From NCBI GenBank assembly GCA_023213395.1, contig CM041465.1, positions 218,495,741 through 218,559,740 of the forward strand: a DNA stretch of 64,000 bases, read 5' to 3'. This stretch comes from Cycas panzhihuaensis. Its lineage: Eukaryota > Plantae > Cycadophyta. The notes under the pieces are model-generated. The model had not been told where the DNA came from and made no database searches. It saw nothing but the letters and a program-made list of their open reading frames with translations. This document shows positions 24,901-37,790 of this stretch, in pieces (the first letter of the stretch is position 1; every line of letters starts with the position of its first letter). The position numbers were made by a program, and so were the translations under genes.

Positions 24901-27900
24901 TTTCCAATCTATCACATACAAATTGGCTTGCTACCATTAATTTTAATACATATGAGGGTCTACTACTCTAGGAAGAATGTATTTTAAATTATTTAGGAAA
25001 TCTAGGTGCTTCATCTTCTATACTAGTATTTATAACCCAACATAGAGGCAGACCTCAACATCCACATCTAGCACATTAGTTTGGTTTAATGAATTTGAAC
25101 TAGCATCTTTATTAACAACCTAATCAACAGTTATATTAGCCACATCATCCTCAACCATCTTATAATCCTTAAGTTATTTGTCACTATTATTGTAAACCTA
25201 GACACATAACACCAGATTATAGGAAAAAGGGAGTTAGCCTTTGGTATCAACTATTTTAGAACTATCCTACTATGTAGGGTAAACAAACATGTGGATTTAG
25301 AAACTATTAGGGACCTTAGAGATAGAATCAACTAAACTACTAAGGGCTAAGGAGACAAAATTAGAATGCTCCTTAAAGGAACCAGTAGAATGGAAATTGC
25401 AATCAAAGTTAGAACTAGGGAGGCTACATGGTTGAATCTCAAAACCTTTTATTTCCTTCTTTGTCATCACATCATTTTGATATCTCTTGGTTGGTCAATT
25501 TAGTTGATTCTCAAGACATGATGGGTTTGGAAGAACTCCTAACTGATACAAGAATTATTAAGGATCAATATGTCAATTTTAAAGATGATGGTTTACTTGA
25601 GGTTACTAAGATTAACAACATTCCTATCTCACTAAAGAATTCAAACACTCCTCATCATCTCAACATTATGTTTTATGTACTTGGCATGAGACATAATTTA
25701 CTTTTAGTTAGCCAAATAAATAAACAAAACTTTAATTTTTTGTTTATCCATCTTGAAAATTTCCTAATTATATATTTGAATGGCAACTTAATTACCTTAA
25801 GATATGAAGAACAAGGACTCTACAAGCTTGTTGTAACAACTAGACCATTGATCCATATACTTGGATTTAGTTTTTATAGTAATTTAACTTCAATTTTTTA
25901 TCCTTCTACTTTGACATCAAATTTAGATGATCAATTTACTTCTCAGACATATGTTTCTCCTAAGATTCTAAAAGACTAATTATGGCATCAATGCTTGGGT
26001 CACTTGAATATGGCCAACATTCACCTACTTTATAGATTGAATATGGTACATGGCATATTGAATATAAAGGAGACTAAGTGCATTTATGAGACCTTTGTAA
26101 TGGGAAAATACCATCAAGCTTCTTTCAAGTTAAATGGGAGAGCTTGGCATGTCAAGCAACTTTTAGGCCTAGTATATTCAGACATATATGGGCCCATGTC
26201 TTAGGCATCCTTTGGAGGCTATCGCTACTTTATCACATTCATTGATGATTACTCTAAGAAAGTCTGGGTATATTTTATGAAGTAGAAATTAATAGCTCTT
26301 AATAAATTCAAAGAATTTAAGCATGGCATAGAAATTAAATCTGAAAGGACACTGAAAATCTTTCATTATGATAATAAAGATGAATATACATAAAATGAAT
26401 TCATATAGTTCTATAAGAATAATGACATTAAATAATAGTTTTCTACTTCATATACCCCTTTGTAAAATGGAGTTGTTGAGTGAATGGATTAGACCTTGGT
26501 TAGTAAAGGCAAATCCATACTTATCGCCAAGAGTTTAGGACTTTAATTTTAGGTTGAAGCCCTTCATATAGTAGCTTATCTCATAAACATAAGTCCTACC
26601 AAGGTTGTATTGAACATTACACCCAAGGAGGTCTAGTTAGGTAAAAAACCTATAATCTTATATTTCCATACTTTTGGTTGTACAACATATATGCTTATAC
26701 CAAAAGAATAGAGGAAAAAATTAGACGATAAGAATTGGAAATACATTTTAATTGGTTATCAACTTGGCTACAGAGTATATAAATTGTATGATCCTACCAC
26801 AAACCAAATGTATACATCTTGAGATGTCATATTCTCAAAAGAAAACTAGGATGTGGATATCAATCAGATTTTATTTTTTGATGATTGTTCATATAAAGTA
26901 CCAGATATTCCTCCTACTCCACAAAATATTCCTCTAGTACACATGCCTCCAGCATCAATATTTAGTCCTAGTTCCACATCTGCTCCACTTACCTCTACAT
27001 CTACATCTTCACCTATCACTCCTTCAAAGGATATGTACAATAAGGTTACTTTAAATAAGTGCCTAAATGGTACATATAGATGATCTCTTTTGCTCCTTGA
27101 CCACCACAATAAGTGAAGAGATAATCAAAATATAGGGCATCTACTAACTTCACCTTAATGGTAAAAGTATGGTCAGCTCATTAACTCACTACCTTTGAGG
27201 AAGCTATTATTCATCCAAAATGGAAAGCAATCATTATTAAAAAAAATAGATTCAATCCTATAAAATGATACTTGGGAGGTTGTTAAGCTACCTGAAGGGA
27301 AGAAACTGATTGATTATAAATGGATTTACAAAATAAAATTTCATGCGGATGGCTCCATTTAGTGACATAAAGCTCATTTGATTACTAAAGGTTTTAAACA
27401 AATCAAAGGAATTGGCTATAATGACACAATTATATTAGTTGCCAACATGGCCACTATTAGGCTTGTTTTGACATATCTAGCTCAATTTAACTAGCTTGTA
27501 TACTAGATGGATATAAAAAATACCTTCTTAAATGGCAACTTATAGGAGGAAATCTACATAAATTGGGCTCTCATCTTTGTGGTTCATGAAAAAGAACACA
27601 TGATTTATAAACTTAAAAAGGCATTATAGGGCCTTAAACAATCATCTTACGCTTCATATATGAAGATTGATGATTATTTTCAGAAGCATTGACTCATTCA
27701 TTTATCTTCATATTCAAATCTATATATTTGAATCTATAATGGGTTAATCACTCTAGTTGTACTTTTTGTTGATTTATTGATAATTGGTAATGACATAGAG
27801 TGTATTTTATATATCCAAAGAGAACTGAAAAGTATCTTTGGGATAACTAACCTTGGGTTGCTCCATTACTTTCTAGGCATGGAAGTGTGGCAAAAGCCAG

Positions 27901-28620
27901 GATATATTTTTCTTTCATAATAAAAATACTTAAAGGAAATTCTTCAAAAATATAGAATGGATGAATGTAAACCATTGCTAACTCCTATAGAGATAGGTTT
28001 GAAATTGGATATTGATGAGTGTGGAAATTTTGTGGATCCAATATTGTATAGATAACTTATGGGGAAACTAATTTACCTCATACATACTCAACCTAATATT
28101 ACCTATGCTATTGGGATCTATTCTAAGTTTATGTCATAGTCCAAAATCTCACATTAGAAAGTAGTAACAAAGATTCTAAAATATCTTTAGAGTACTCTTC
28201 AATTTGGACTTGGTTACTATCATATGGAAAATCCTTTGTTGACAAGTTACATAGATATAAATTAGGCTATATGTAAAGATAATCATGGATCAAACTTAGG
28301 ATACTATTTTAACTTGAGTTTTACTTCAATTTCTTGGTCTTGTAAAAAGTAGTTTAATGTTATACTATCTTCAACATCAGTGTAGTTACTAAGGCTATCT
28401 AGCTTAAAAGGATTCTTGAAGAGCTTGGACTTAGTCAAACACAAGCTACATCTTTATTTTGTGACAATTAAAGTGTTCTCAAACTAACTAAGAATCTTGT
28501 GTTCCATGCTAGAACCAAACACTTTGAAGTTTACCATCACTTTATCAGGGAACATATACAGGATGGTGAGATTGATTTAATCTATAAACCTATCAAAGAA
28601 TAGACTCTAGATATCTTCAC
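21911..28620 (+). mobile_element. Ty1/Copia element (Copia D) inserted in Gypsy C gag; 3' end and 3' LTR missing
   Basis: Probable 5' LTR ~21911-22390 ending CTTTCA; degenerate PBS TAGTATTAGGGC at 22393-22404; gag-pol ends abruptly at ...DIFT (28620); 5' boundary approximate, no TSD available. Confidence 0.8.
24376..28620 (+). pseudogene. gag-pol: Copia D gag-pol, decayed
   Basis: Zinc knuckle CHYYCKPRHITPDYRK (~25180); LWHQCLGHLN (~25980); LVYSDIYGPM; YFITFIDDYSKKVWVYF (~26230); MDIKNTFLNG (~27508); LHYFLGMEVWQ; ARTKHFEVYHHFIRE (~28508). Confidence 0.92.
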
Positions 28621-29600
28621 TCTCTCTCATGAAAATTTGAAAGGGGTCTACTTTATAATGTCCAAGGGTCCACTTTTTTTAGTATCAAATATAGAGGCTG
28701 GCTATGATATATTAGTATGCCTATATAGGTGGGACTTAGATTAACTTATTTATGGGTTCTTCAAAAAATCATTCTATAAGAGGTCCATATGAGTTATTCA
28801 CTTAGGTTGTTAACATAGGAATTTAGCCTATTATAATCATTAGTCCCATATATTATCCTATTGGAGAAATAATGTTCTTTCTATTACAAATTTGGCCTTA
28901 ACTACTTTGCCCCTTTCTATCACATCTTTGAGACTTGAGATTTCTATGGTTCTTAGGTGCATTTGGATGCACTCTTTTAAGCCTATGATATAAGTGTCTA
29001 TCTAAGTTTACTTGTCCAAGATTTGGGAAATATGATTCTATAAGGATTAGAACTCATTTATATATGCTTTTACTAAGGACAACTATTTTAGTCTTGTAAG
29101 TTGATTGAAGAAGGATTGGTTCTAAGTTTTATCATATTGATCAAAGAAACATGTAAAAAAGTTTGTCCATATCCTATTTTGTGGGTATTCTTAGTGCCAC
29201 AAATAGAACCCTTGATATGTTCAACCTTCTATATGAATAGATATGGATGTCAGTTGCTCCTCTTTAGTCATTGTGTCAAGGGAGAAGTAGGATTCAAGTT
29301 TACTTATCTATATATGAGTATTATCTCTATTTAGATCCAGATTAAAGATAGGAATAGTAATTTTATGGAGATGTTATAACTAACATGGAGGAGGGCTTCT
29401 CAAATACTTTATTGGAGGTGTACTACCTAAAGACTAAGAGTTTGACTAAGATGATTATGCTAACATTTAAGCTATTTGATTTAGTATTGTTGTGATATTT
29501 GACTTAGATATAAGACAAGATATGTTGAGCTTAACTTATTTTTGAAACTCTAAGAATTGAGTTTCCAATATAAAAATACATTATACTTGAGATGTGAGAG
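28621..29600 (-). pseudogene. gag: Gypsy C gag (displaced piece)
   Basis: LESYFSLDTMTKEEQLTSISIHIEG on the minus strand (~29210-29300); reverse complement TTGGAAACTCAATT and flanking blocks match Gypsy E gag at 37790-38700. Confidence 0.8.
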
Positions 29601-29676
29601 CCATCATGTAGAAAGAAAGGGATTATAGGAAGTGGGACACAAGTCAGAAGAAAATGAAATGAGTAAGATAGAAGGG

Positions 29677-30051
29677 CGTTATGTAGCCCTTTAAGGTGGA
29701 TAACACATAAGCATCTCGCCATCTAGTTAAGGTGGTATAGGTTAAGGATAATTATTAATAAGTGTGCATGAGTCGTATACCTCCACCAATGGAATCAAAA
29801 GTTATATGGCTTACCAATAGGATGCTAGGAAATAATGGCCACTTCTATCTATTTAAGGCCATACATTCATAAAGTAAGGACTTACACAATCATTTCCTCT
29901 TATAAAGGATTTTACTCTTATGCATCTTCTCTTTAGTGTCCATTAAGCTCTCTAGCGATCTAAGTGTAATCTATGCTCTACATTAATAAAAGATCTATTT
30001 GTGCTCTCATGCTATCCATTTGGAATGACAATTATAGGTTGGATTATAACA
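29677..30051 (+). repeat. 5' LTR of Gypsy E
   Basis: Matches 42136-42499 (AGTTAAGGTGGTAT, CCACTTCTATCTATTTAAGGCCATACATT, TCTCTTTAGTGTCCATTAAG, GAATGACAATTATAGGTT). Confidence 0.93.
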
Positions 30052-31382
30052 AGTGGTATCAAAGTAAGGTTATAGTAATTTAGTGGGAAGATTCAACAAT
30101 CATAAAGAAAAGAATTTTTTCTCCCTCAGTGAATTTTTAAACCCTCCTTTATAAATAATTTTTATTTCTATTATATTTTATTTAGTTTTGATATCTATAT
30201 AAGTAGATAGCATATTCCTATGACAAAAAATCCCACCCTCTCTTTCTTAGAGTCTAGATAGAGACTTTATGCTAGGGGTCAGTAAAAATCATGGGGATTT
30301 ATCAGTATTGGTTAAGCATAGTTGGGTATACACTACTATGTAAAGTGAGATGTGAATTGCACCAATATCTAAGCCTTAGATAGAACCTAACTATAGACTT
30401 ATACCTTTATGTACCCTCATATATATAGGAGGACCCCTATAGGCTCCCTCTCTAACCTAGAATGGGTAAACTCTTAAACAATTATCCTTCTATGGTGCAC
30501 AAGTTAGTAGTTAGTGCCTATAAGTTACTCTACATGAACATCTCTACATGATTATAGACCTTATGAGTATAATTTTTCCTCTGTAGGTAGTACCCTGAGA
30601 TATTGGGCCAAGCTATAGTAATTGTAGAGAAGTTTATCACAAGGTCTATAGAGCCAAACACTCCCTTGTTAGTGCTTAGTAAGTCTCCCCTACCCCTTGT
30701 AGTCTCTTATTATACAAATACTTTATACATAAATTTTGAGGCTACTACACTTTGACTAATCAAGCTAAGAATAGTTACAAAAGTTATCACCACATCAATT
30801 AATAACAACACTCTACATAGACAACATCACTGATAATAAAGTAATCCTACAAATAGTAGTAAGAATATCAAAATAGAGCACACCTAACAACTTATATAGC
30901 CTAGCTCTAAAGAATTTTTAAGTTTAGTAAATAACTAGATACATAACATATATAACATGGTCCACCCAAGTCAAGTCTAGTCCTATTTTTATTTTTTAAG
31001 GAGAAAAGAAAGGGTTATAACTTTAACAATACTTCTTGGATTTAAATGAGACCTGCACCATTAGACTCATTGCCGAAAAAAAAAAGTCTACAACCCAAAA
31101 ATTGACCCTGTTGATTTATATATCTTGTTTTGATCAACATCTCATGTTAATAATAATCTACTAGGTTATTTTTAACTATCAATTTCAGGGAAATTTGACC
31201 TACAAGCACTCCATAGGCCCCACTAGCCCATTTTCTCACTTGCTACCCACCTACATTTTGAAGAGCTCATTATACTTATTCATGAGCATTAAGCAATTTT
31301 CTTACTTAATTTTTAGTGTTAATAGCCTATAAGCGCCCCACACCCTACTCCCTCTTTCCCCTCTCTACCCTTTTTATATATC

Positions 31383-31740
31383 TATTCGGGAACATGAAAT
31401 CATATACAAATGTTCCCATCTATAGAATCTTTAACCATACACAGCAAACAAACAAGAGTACATACAGAAAATAGATGCATAGTACACAACATTTAAGTAG
31501 GAAAACTCTTTCGAGGAAAAAAATCCACCATAAAAGGATCCTTGATGGATCACATTTATTATTGCATAATGGTTTGATACATTGAATACACAAGGTTTCA
31601 AGGATTTTATACTCTTCCAAGAGGTGTCACCTAATTAGGGTTGTGACCCTCTAAATAAGTCACATCTTTTTTATTAATCATCTTAGTTAAACTATATTAA
31701 CATTAATATAGTGGCTTAATAATTAATTGCCATGTTAACA
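31383..31740 (-). repeat. 3' LTR of Copia F
   Basis: Matches 37346-37693 (AAATGTTCCCATC, AAAAGGATCCTTGATGGAT, TTTTATACTCTTCCAAGAGGT, CATGTTAACA). Confidence 0.95.
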
Positions 31741-31849
31741 TCCCCCCTTAATGTGATTGTGGGGATCATACTAACTACAACAGTTATGTTATCACAAAGG
31801 TTGGGACTATATTGTAGCTTCTTTATCCTTGTTGATATATCCCCCCTTA

Positions 31850-34800
31850 AGAATAATATTAGTGAGTCCTAATCCAGTATGTATCTTCATAAATTGATCT
31901 TCAATGAGTGGCTTGGTGAACACGTCTACAAGCTAGAATTCACTCAAATAATAGTTCACCTGCAACTTCCCTGACTTTATCTGTTCACAAATATAGTGGT
32001 GTTGAATCTCAATAGACTTTGTATGGTCATGAAACTCTAGATTCTTTGACAAGCAAATGGTACTCTAATTATCAACAAAGATAACTGAATGTCCATTGGA
32101 AACTCTAAGAAATCCTAAGAGACCTTGTAACCATACTACTTCCTTTGCACTAGTACTGAGTCCTTGACATTCTGCCTCTCTAGAAGATAACACCACTATC
32201 TATTACTTCTTTGACTACCATGAAATAAATCCATTGCCAACACCAAATAAATATCTAGTAGTGGACTTTTGATTATCAAAATATCCTCCCCAATCATCAT
32301 TTGTGTAATCATACAACTGTATCTCTTCACCTTGATAATATTCAAGACCAAGATTAATTCTCCCCTTTAAATACTTTAGAATCCATTATACTACAACCAA
32401 ATGAGGCTCCTGAGGATTTTGCATATAGTGGGAAATCAATCCAATAGTGTATACAATATCTGGCCTAATATGAGTCAAATAGATTAGACTCCTTACCAAC
32501 TCATGATACTTTGTTCCATCTACAGAGGTTTTGGCCATATCCTTCTATAAGTTTTTACATTTTACATATGGTGTTGTAACTAGTCTGTAATTTTACATTT
32601 TAAATTTCTCCAACAAGTTCTTCATATACTATGATTGCAATAACATGATCCTATCATCCATCTGTCTAATCTAAATACCCAAGAAGTAATGAAGTCTCCC
32701 AAGGTTTGTCATGTTAAATGAAGCTCCCAAATTGGATTTGACTTTAACAATAGCCTTACCATAGTTACTGTTGATGATCAAATCATCCACATACACCACG
32801 TAAGTAACTATTAAAGTCCCTCTTCTCTTCACATACAGGTTCAGTTTGAGTTCTAAAATCTTGAAACCTTTAGCTTTCAATTTAGCATCCATATTTTCAT
32901 ACCAAGCATGAGGTGCTTATTTCAAGTAATAGATTGACTTCTTCAAATGGAAAGCAAGATGCTCCTAGCTATCCTTAATGAATCTTAGAGGCTACGACAT
33001 ATATATCTCCTCCTTTAGATCTCTATTAAGGAATGTAGACTTGACATCCATCTAGTATAACTCCCAATTGTAAGTAGTTACTAAGGAAATGAGCAATCAT
33101 ACTATTATCATTATGGAGATTGGTGTAAACATCTTCTCATAACCAATTCCTTATTTTTTCTTGAATCCCTACATGACAAGTCTGGCCTTGTACTTGTCCA
33201 CCTCTCCATTGGAGTGGAACTTTATTTTTTATACCCACTTACATATAATAAGGTTCTTCATTGGAGGGAGTGGGACCAAATCCCATGTATCATTCTTCAT
33301 TAGAGAACTATACTCCCCCTCCATAGTAACTCTCCATCATGGATTTCCTTTCACTTCATCAAACAAATTAGGATCACTAAAGTCATTAGTGTCTACCAAC
33401 AGAGTTTGACTGGCATGCTAACTTCTTATTCTTCTATCATCAATTAAGGTATGCATCACTACACTAGAATCTTCAAGAGTCTTCCTTAGCTATAAAGATG
33501 TTGAAGGACCCATTGTTAGAGGTACTTCATCTCATGGTGGTTCCTCAGTATTACTCATCCCACTTGGTCCTACTTTCTTAGGAGTTCCAATGACTCGCTC
33601 ATCATCCTCTTCACTTGATGAATCTAGGAATGGGAGAAGGGGGGTAAAAAGGCTCCTTTAATGATCTATCAGCATGATACATCGATGACTCATCAAATTT
33701 TACATCCTGACTAACCACAATCTTCTCCCCATATGGATCCCATAGTTCGTAGGCTTTATTCTCAGTGTAATACCCCATGAATATGTATTTCAAACTTTTT
33801 TGATCTAGTTTCTTATAAGTATCATCTGGGATGTGGTCATATGCAATACACCAAAACGTTCTTAAATGGCTAATGATAGGCTTTTGATAGGTCCATTTCT
33901 CTTTGGGGGTGATGCTACGAACTACTTGAGTGGGTAGTCAATTCAAAATATAAATAGTAGTTGCCATAGCTTTTACCCAAAACTTTGGTGGTAGATTTTT
34001 AGTGTGCACCATACACCTCACCATCACCATTATGGTATAATTATTTTATTTAGTAACTCCATTCTGTTGTGGGGTATATAGGACCATAAATTCCTACTTT
34101 ATACCATGATTGCAGTACAACTAATTGAATGCATAGTTGTCATATTCCTTGCCATTATCACTTCTTAAAGACTTTATCTTCTTATCACATTCATTTTCCA
34201 CCATCACTTTCCAGTCATAGAAGTGATCAAACACATCTGACTTATTCTTGAGAAAGTAGAACCAGGCCTTCCTAGTGCAATCATCCATAAACACAAGGGT
34301 ATACCAGGCTCCCAATATCAAAGGGTTAGGGAGTGGTCCCATTATATCTGAGTGCACAAGCTCTAGCTTCCCCTTAGCTCTCCAGGCATTATCCCAAGTA
34401 AAAGGGTAGTAGTGATACTTGCTATACATACACCCTTCATAAATACCATCTGAGTAGGAAACCAATGATAATCCTTCCACCATCTTCAACTTCTTTAGTA
34501 GTACAATACTCCTATAATTAAGGTGCCATAGGTGATTCTGCCACAGTTTACTCACATCATCCATATTGGAAACAAAGGCATAGGACTTCTTCTAAGATTA
34601 AATTTTTCAAACACCCAGAAGTTGTCCTTAACTTTTCCAATAGTAATAGAAGTAAAGTTATTCTTTAGATCCATAATCTGGAATTTATCATTATAGAGCT
34701 CCACCTTCATGCCTTGTTTACAGATTTCTCAGGCTAAAAGAAGGTTCAACTACATCTTGGATACATAATATACCCTGGTAAATTTACCTCCTGCAATGGA

Positions 34801-35802
34801 TACTTTATCGATACCTTCTACCAATAAAACATGAGCATCTCTAAGGATAATTTATATACCATTATGATTTTCAATCATCATATCAAAGTTCTACTTTTGG
34901 TACGAGATGTGCTTCTACGTTATAGAGTCAAGTACCCAATAATCTCTCTAATTTAACTTGGTCGATAAGGTCTGTACTCTAATGTAATGAGCAGTAACTC
35001 TCTTCTCTTTATCATCTTGGTGAACTTTACGCTTTTCATAATGCTTGAACCAATAGTTCTTTTTATGATGACCATCCTTCTTGCAGTAATTACATTTTCC
35101 ATTGAACTTCTTCTTATCTTGTGAACTTTCCCCTGACCTCTATGTGATCTTCTCCTCCTTAGCGGCCTCCTTCCTCTGAGTTTTCATGGCTAGGTTCTAA
35201 CTTGAATGAGAACCTCCAAGCATTCTATGATGTTTAAGCTTGGCATCCTTTACTGGAATTAGGTTTTTAATCCCATCAAATATTTGTGCTTCCATTACTT
35301 TGTATCTAGCATAAATGATCTAGAAAGTAGCAAACACAGCCGGCAACTTGGACATGATTATTACGAATAGCAAGGCATCATTGATCAAGTTCAACTTTAG
35401 TTCTTCTAGTTTGTTCTTCAAGTATATTATTTTATTAAGATAAAATCTGATGTTATTCTCATCTTCCACATGCAAATTGAGCAACTCCAACATCAGGGTA
35501 AGATGTCTATTTGTCTTCTTCTTCTTAAAGGTTTCACACATCTTTATCTAAATTTCATCTAATTCATCTAGATTATGAATCAAAGCTCTATGGTCTAGTA
35601 CCAATGATAGTTTCAACAGTCCCATAGCCATAAATTTCTTCTCTTCAAGATGAACACACTCTTTATGGTCTAGTGGAATCACGTTCACCTTTGCCTTAGT
35701 GATACCTCAGTGTTGATTCACCATCAGAATAAGCTCTATATTGGGCTTCCACTCATTGAAATTATTACCATTAAAGATAACCTTGGGCATAATGCACTCC
35801 AT
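31850..35802 (-). pseudogene. gag-pol: Copia F gag-pol, decayed
   Basis: MECIMPKVIFNGNNFNEW (gag); CNYCKKDGHHK knuckle (~35065-35095); LWQNHLWHLN...LVHSDIMGP...FMDDCTRKAW...LRSDNGKEY (IN); YVVYVDDLII and LGRLHYFLGI (RT); TKSIEIQHHYI (RH). Confidence 0.94.
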
Positions 35803-37345
35803 CTCAATAAAAGAGCTTCAATATGAGTTAAACAACACCAAAATGAATGTTTTTAGGATAAAAAAGCACCCCTATGTCCTCCTCTAGCTTAAGGGCATGC
35901 TCTAGAGGGCACCAAACATTGACTATACACACGTTGAGCAAGTCACCAACTATTTTCCCTCATAAATAGCTAACAAATACCTTTAAATACCCTTTAAAAA
36001 GTCAAAGCATGACCCTTAACACACTTAAAATGGTGCTCTAAGAATAAAGGACAGCTCCACAAGGTATAAATGCATAATCTTCAAGTCAAAACACCAAAAA
36101 TTCTCCTTAATTTATACTTAAAATGGCTCACGAGGGTACCAAATACAATATACCATATAATAATTTTAATATAATATCAATGGTAAAGGATCACTTTATA
36201 AGGTTATATTGAAAGGTGAATATGACAAAAGGCATATTCTTAAGAATTATAACTTTCCAAGGAGACCCACAGCTTTTCACTTAATGCACATGGTTAAAAT
36301 ACACAATAACCATGTGCTAAATATAATTTAGATAGCCTAAGGTCAAGACTATAGTGAATCATATCTTTTAATATCCAATAAGATGTCTCACAATCCTCTT
36401 TATAATTTGCAATAGTCGTGAAGCTTATTTGACCTATGCACTAAACAACTGACCAGCGTAAGAGAGACAAACCTTATGTAGACTATGTATAACTGGTAAG
36501 TGGTCTGTACAGCACCCAATCACCTCCAAAATACATGTAACCACCTCCGAACATGCCAAGTCAAGCCACGTCACCTCTAAATATCCTAAATTAACCTTAC
36601 TAAGTGCCCATCCAACATAGAATGGGCTTAGATTTGGTGAAAAATAGCCCAGCTAGCTTTTAGAGGACACTAAATAGGCCTAACTAGATTTCAGACATGC
36701 CCAGATTTGTTGATAAGTATCTGGCCAACCTCTATATGGTTGTTTTTAGCTCTATATATGCACACGAGTCTTAAAATCCTCATAAATATACCAAAACATC
36801 ACTAAGGCAACCTTCTACTATTGTGAATTCTAACCTAGCATCTCTATTTAGACAGAAAATTGCCAATATAGCCTTGAATCATGTCCATAGATGCTACACA
36901 GAGGTTTGATAGTGAGAAGTACCTAAAAGCAGCCTTATTTTATCGACTTTTATGATATTTTGATGATAAGTATAATGGACTTACATGTACACAAGCTTGG
37001 CTATCCTCATAATCACCAAATCACCATCATTACATGCTTTGCTAGCTTGAATCACTGCAACAAATCATCAACCAACTTTGGATGGCCCCCAATAAGCCTA
37101 CTCCAACCACAACCATGGATGTCATGCCTAAATATTGACTTCAAGAAACCCTTATTCTCTATTGAATAGTGATTTTTATTGCTTTAACCACCACTGATAT
37201 GTTGTGCCTACTTCTGCACACTGATAAAGATGATGGACCACCAGGACAAGTCTTGGGTTTAATCCATTCACCTGACAACCAGTGATCTCACGGCCCAACT
37301 CAATGTTAGGCTTCAACTATGTAGGATCCTATAGCTCTGATACCA

Positions 37346-37693
37346 TATTCAGGAATGTGAAACCATATATAAATGTTCCCATCCATAGAATCTTTAACCA
37401 CACACAGTAAGCAAATAAGAGTACACATAGAAAATAAATGCACAGTATATAGGATTTCCATGGGAAAACCCTTTCAAGAAAAAATCGACCACAAAAGGAT
37501 CCTTGATGGATTACATTTATTATTGCATAATGGCGTAATGCATAGAATTCACAAGGCCTTGAGCCTTTTATACTCTTCCAAGAGGTTTCACCTGATTAGG
37601 GTTGTTACCCTTTGAATAAGTCACAGCTTCTTGCTTAATCACCTTAGTTAAACCATATTAACATTAACATAATAATTAATTGTCATGTTAACA
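37346..37693 (-). repeat. 5' LTR of Copia F
   Basis: Directly abuts the PBS; matches 31383-31740. Confidence 0.95.
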
Positions 37694-37790
37694 ATATCCA
37701 TGTTCCTTTGACACTTATTCTTCCTATCTCTTCTACTTCTTATATTCCCTTGTTCCTATTATTTCCCACCTCATCAAGACCCCTTCCATA

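Larger units (their letters stand above)
31383..37693 (-). mobile_element. Full-length Ty1/Copia element (Copia F) inserted in Gypsy E leader
   Basis: LTR pair 31383-31740 / 37346-37693; TSD ATATC at 31378-31382 and 37694-37698; perfect PBS (rc) GCTCTGATACCA at 37334-37345; PPT (rc) TCCCCCCTTA at 31741-31750. Confidence 0.96.

Noticed and set aside
26853-27109. Ser/Thr/Pro-rich ORF and overlapping antisense ORF
   Set aside because: This is the variable linker between integrase and RT in Copia D.
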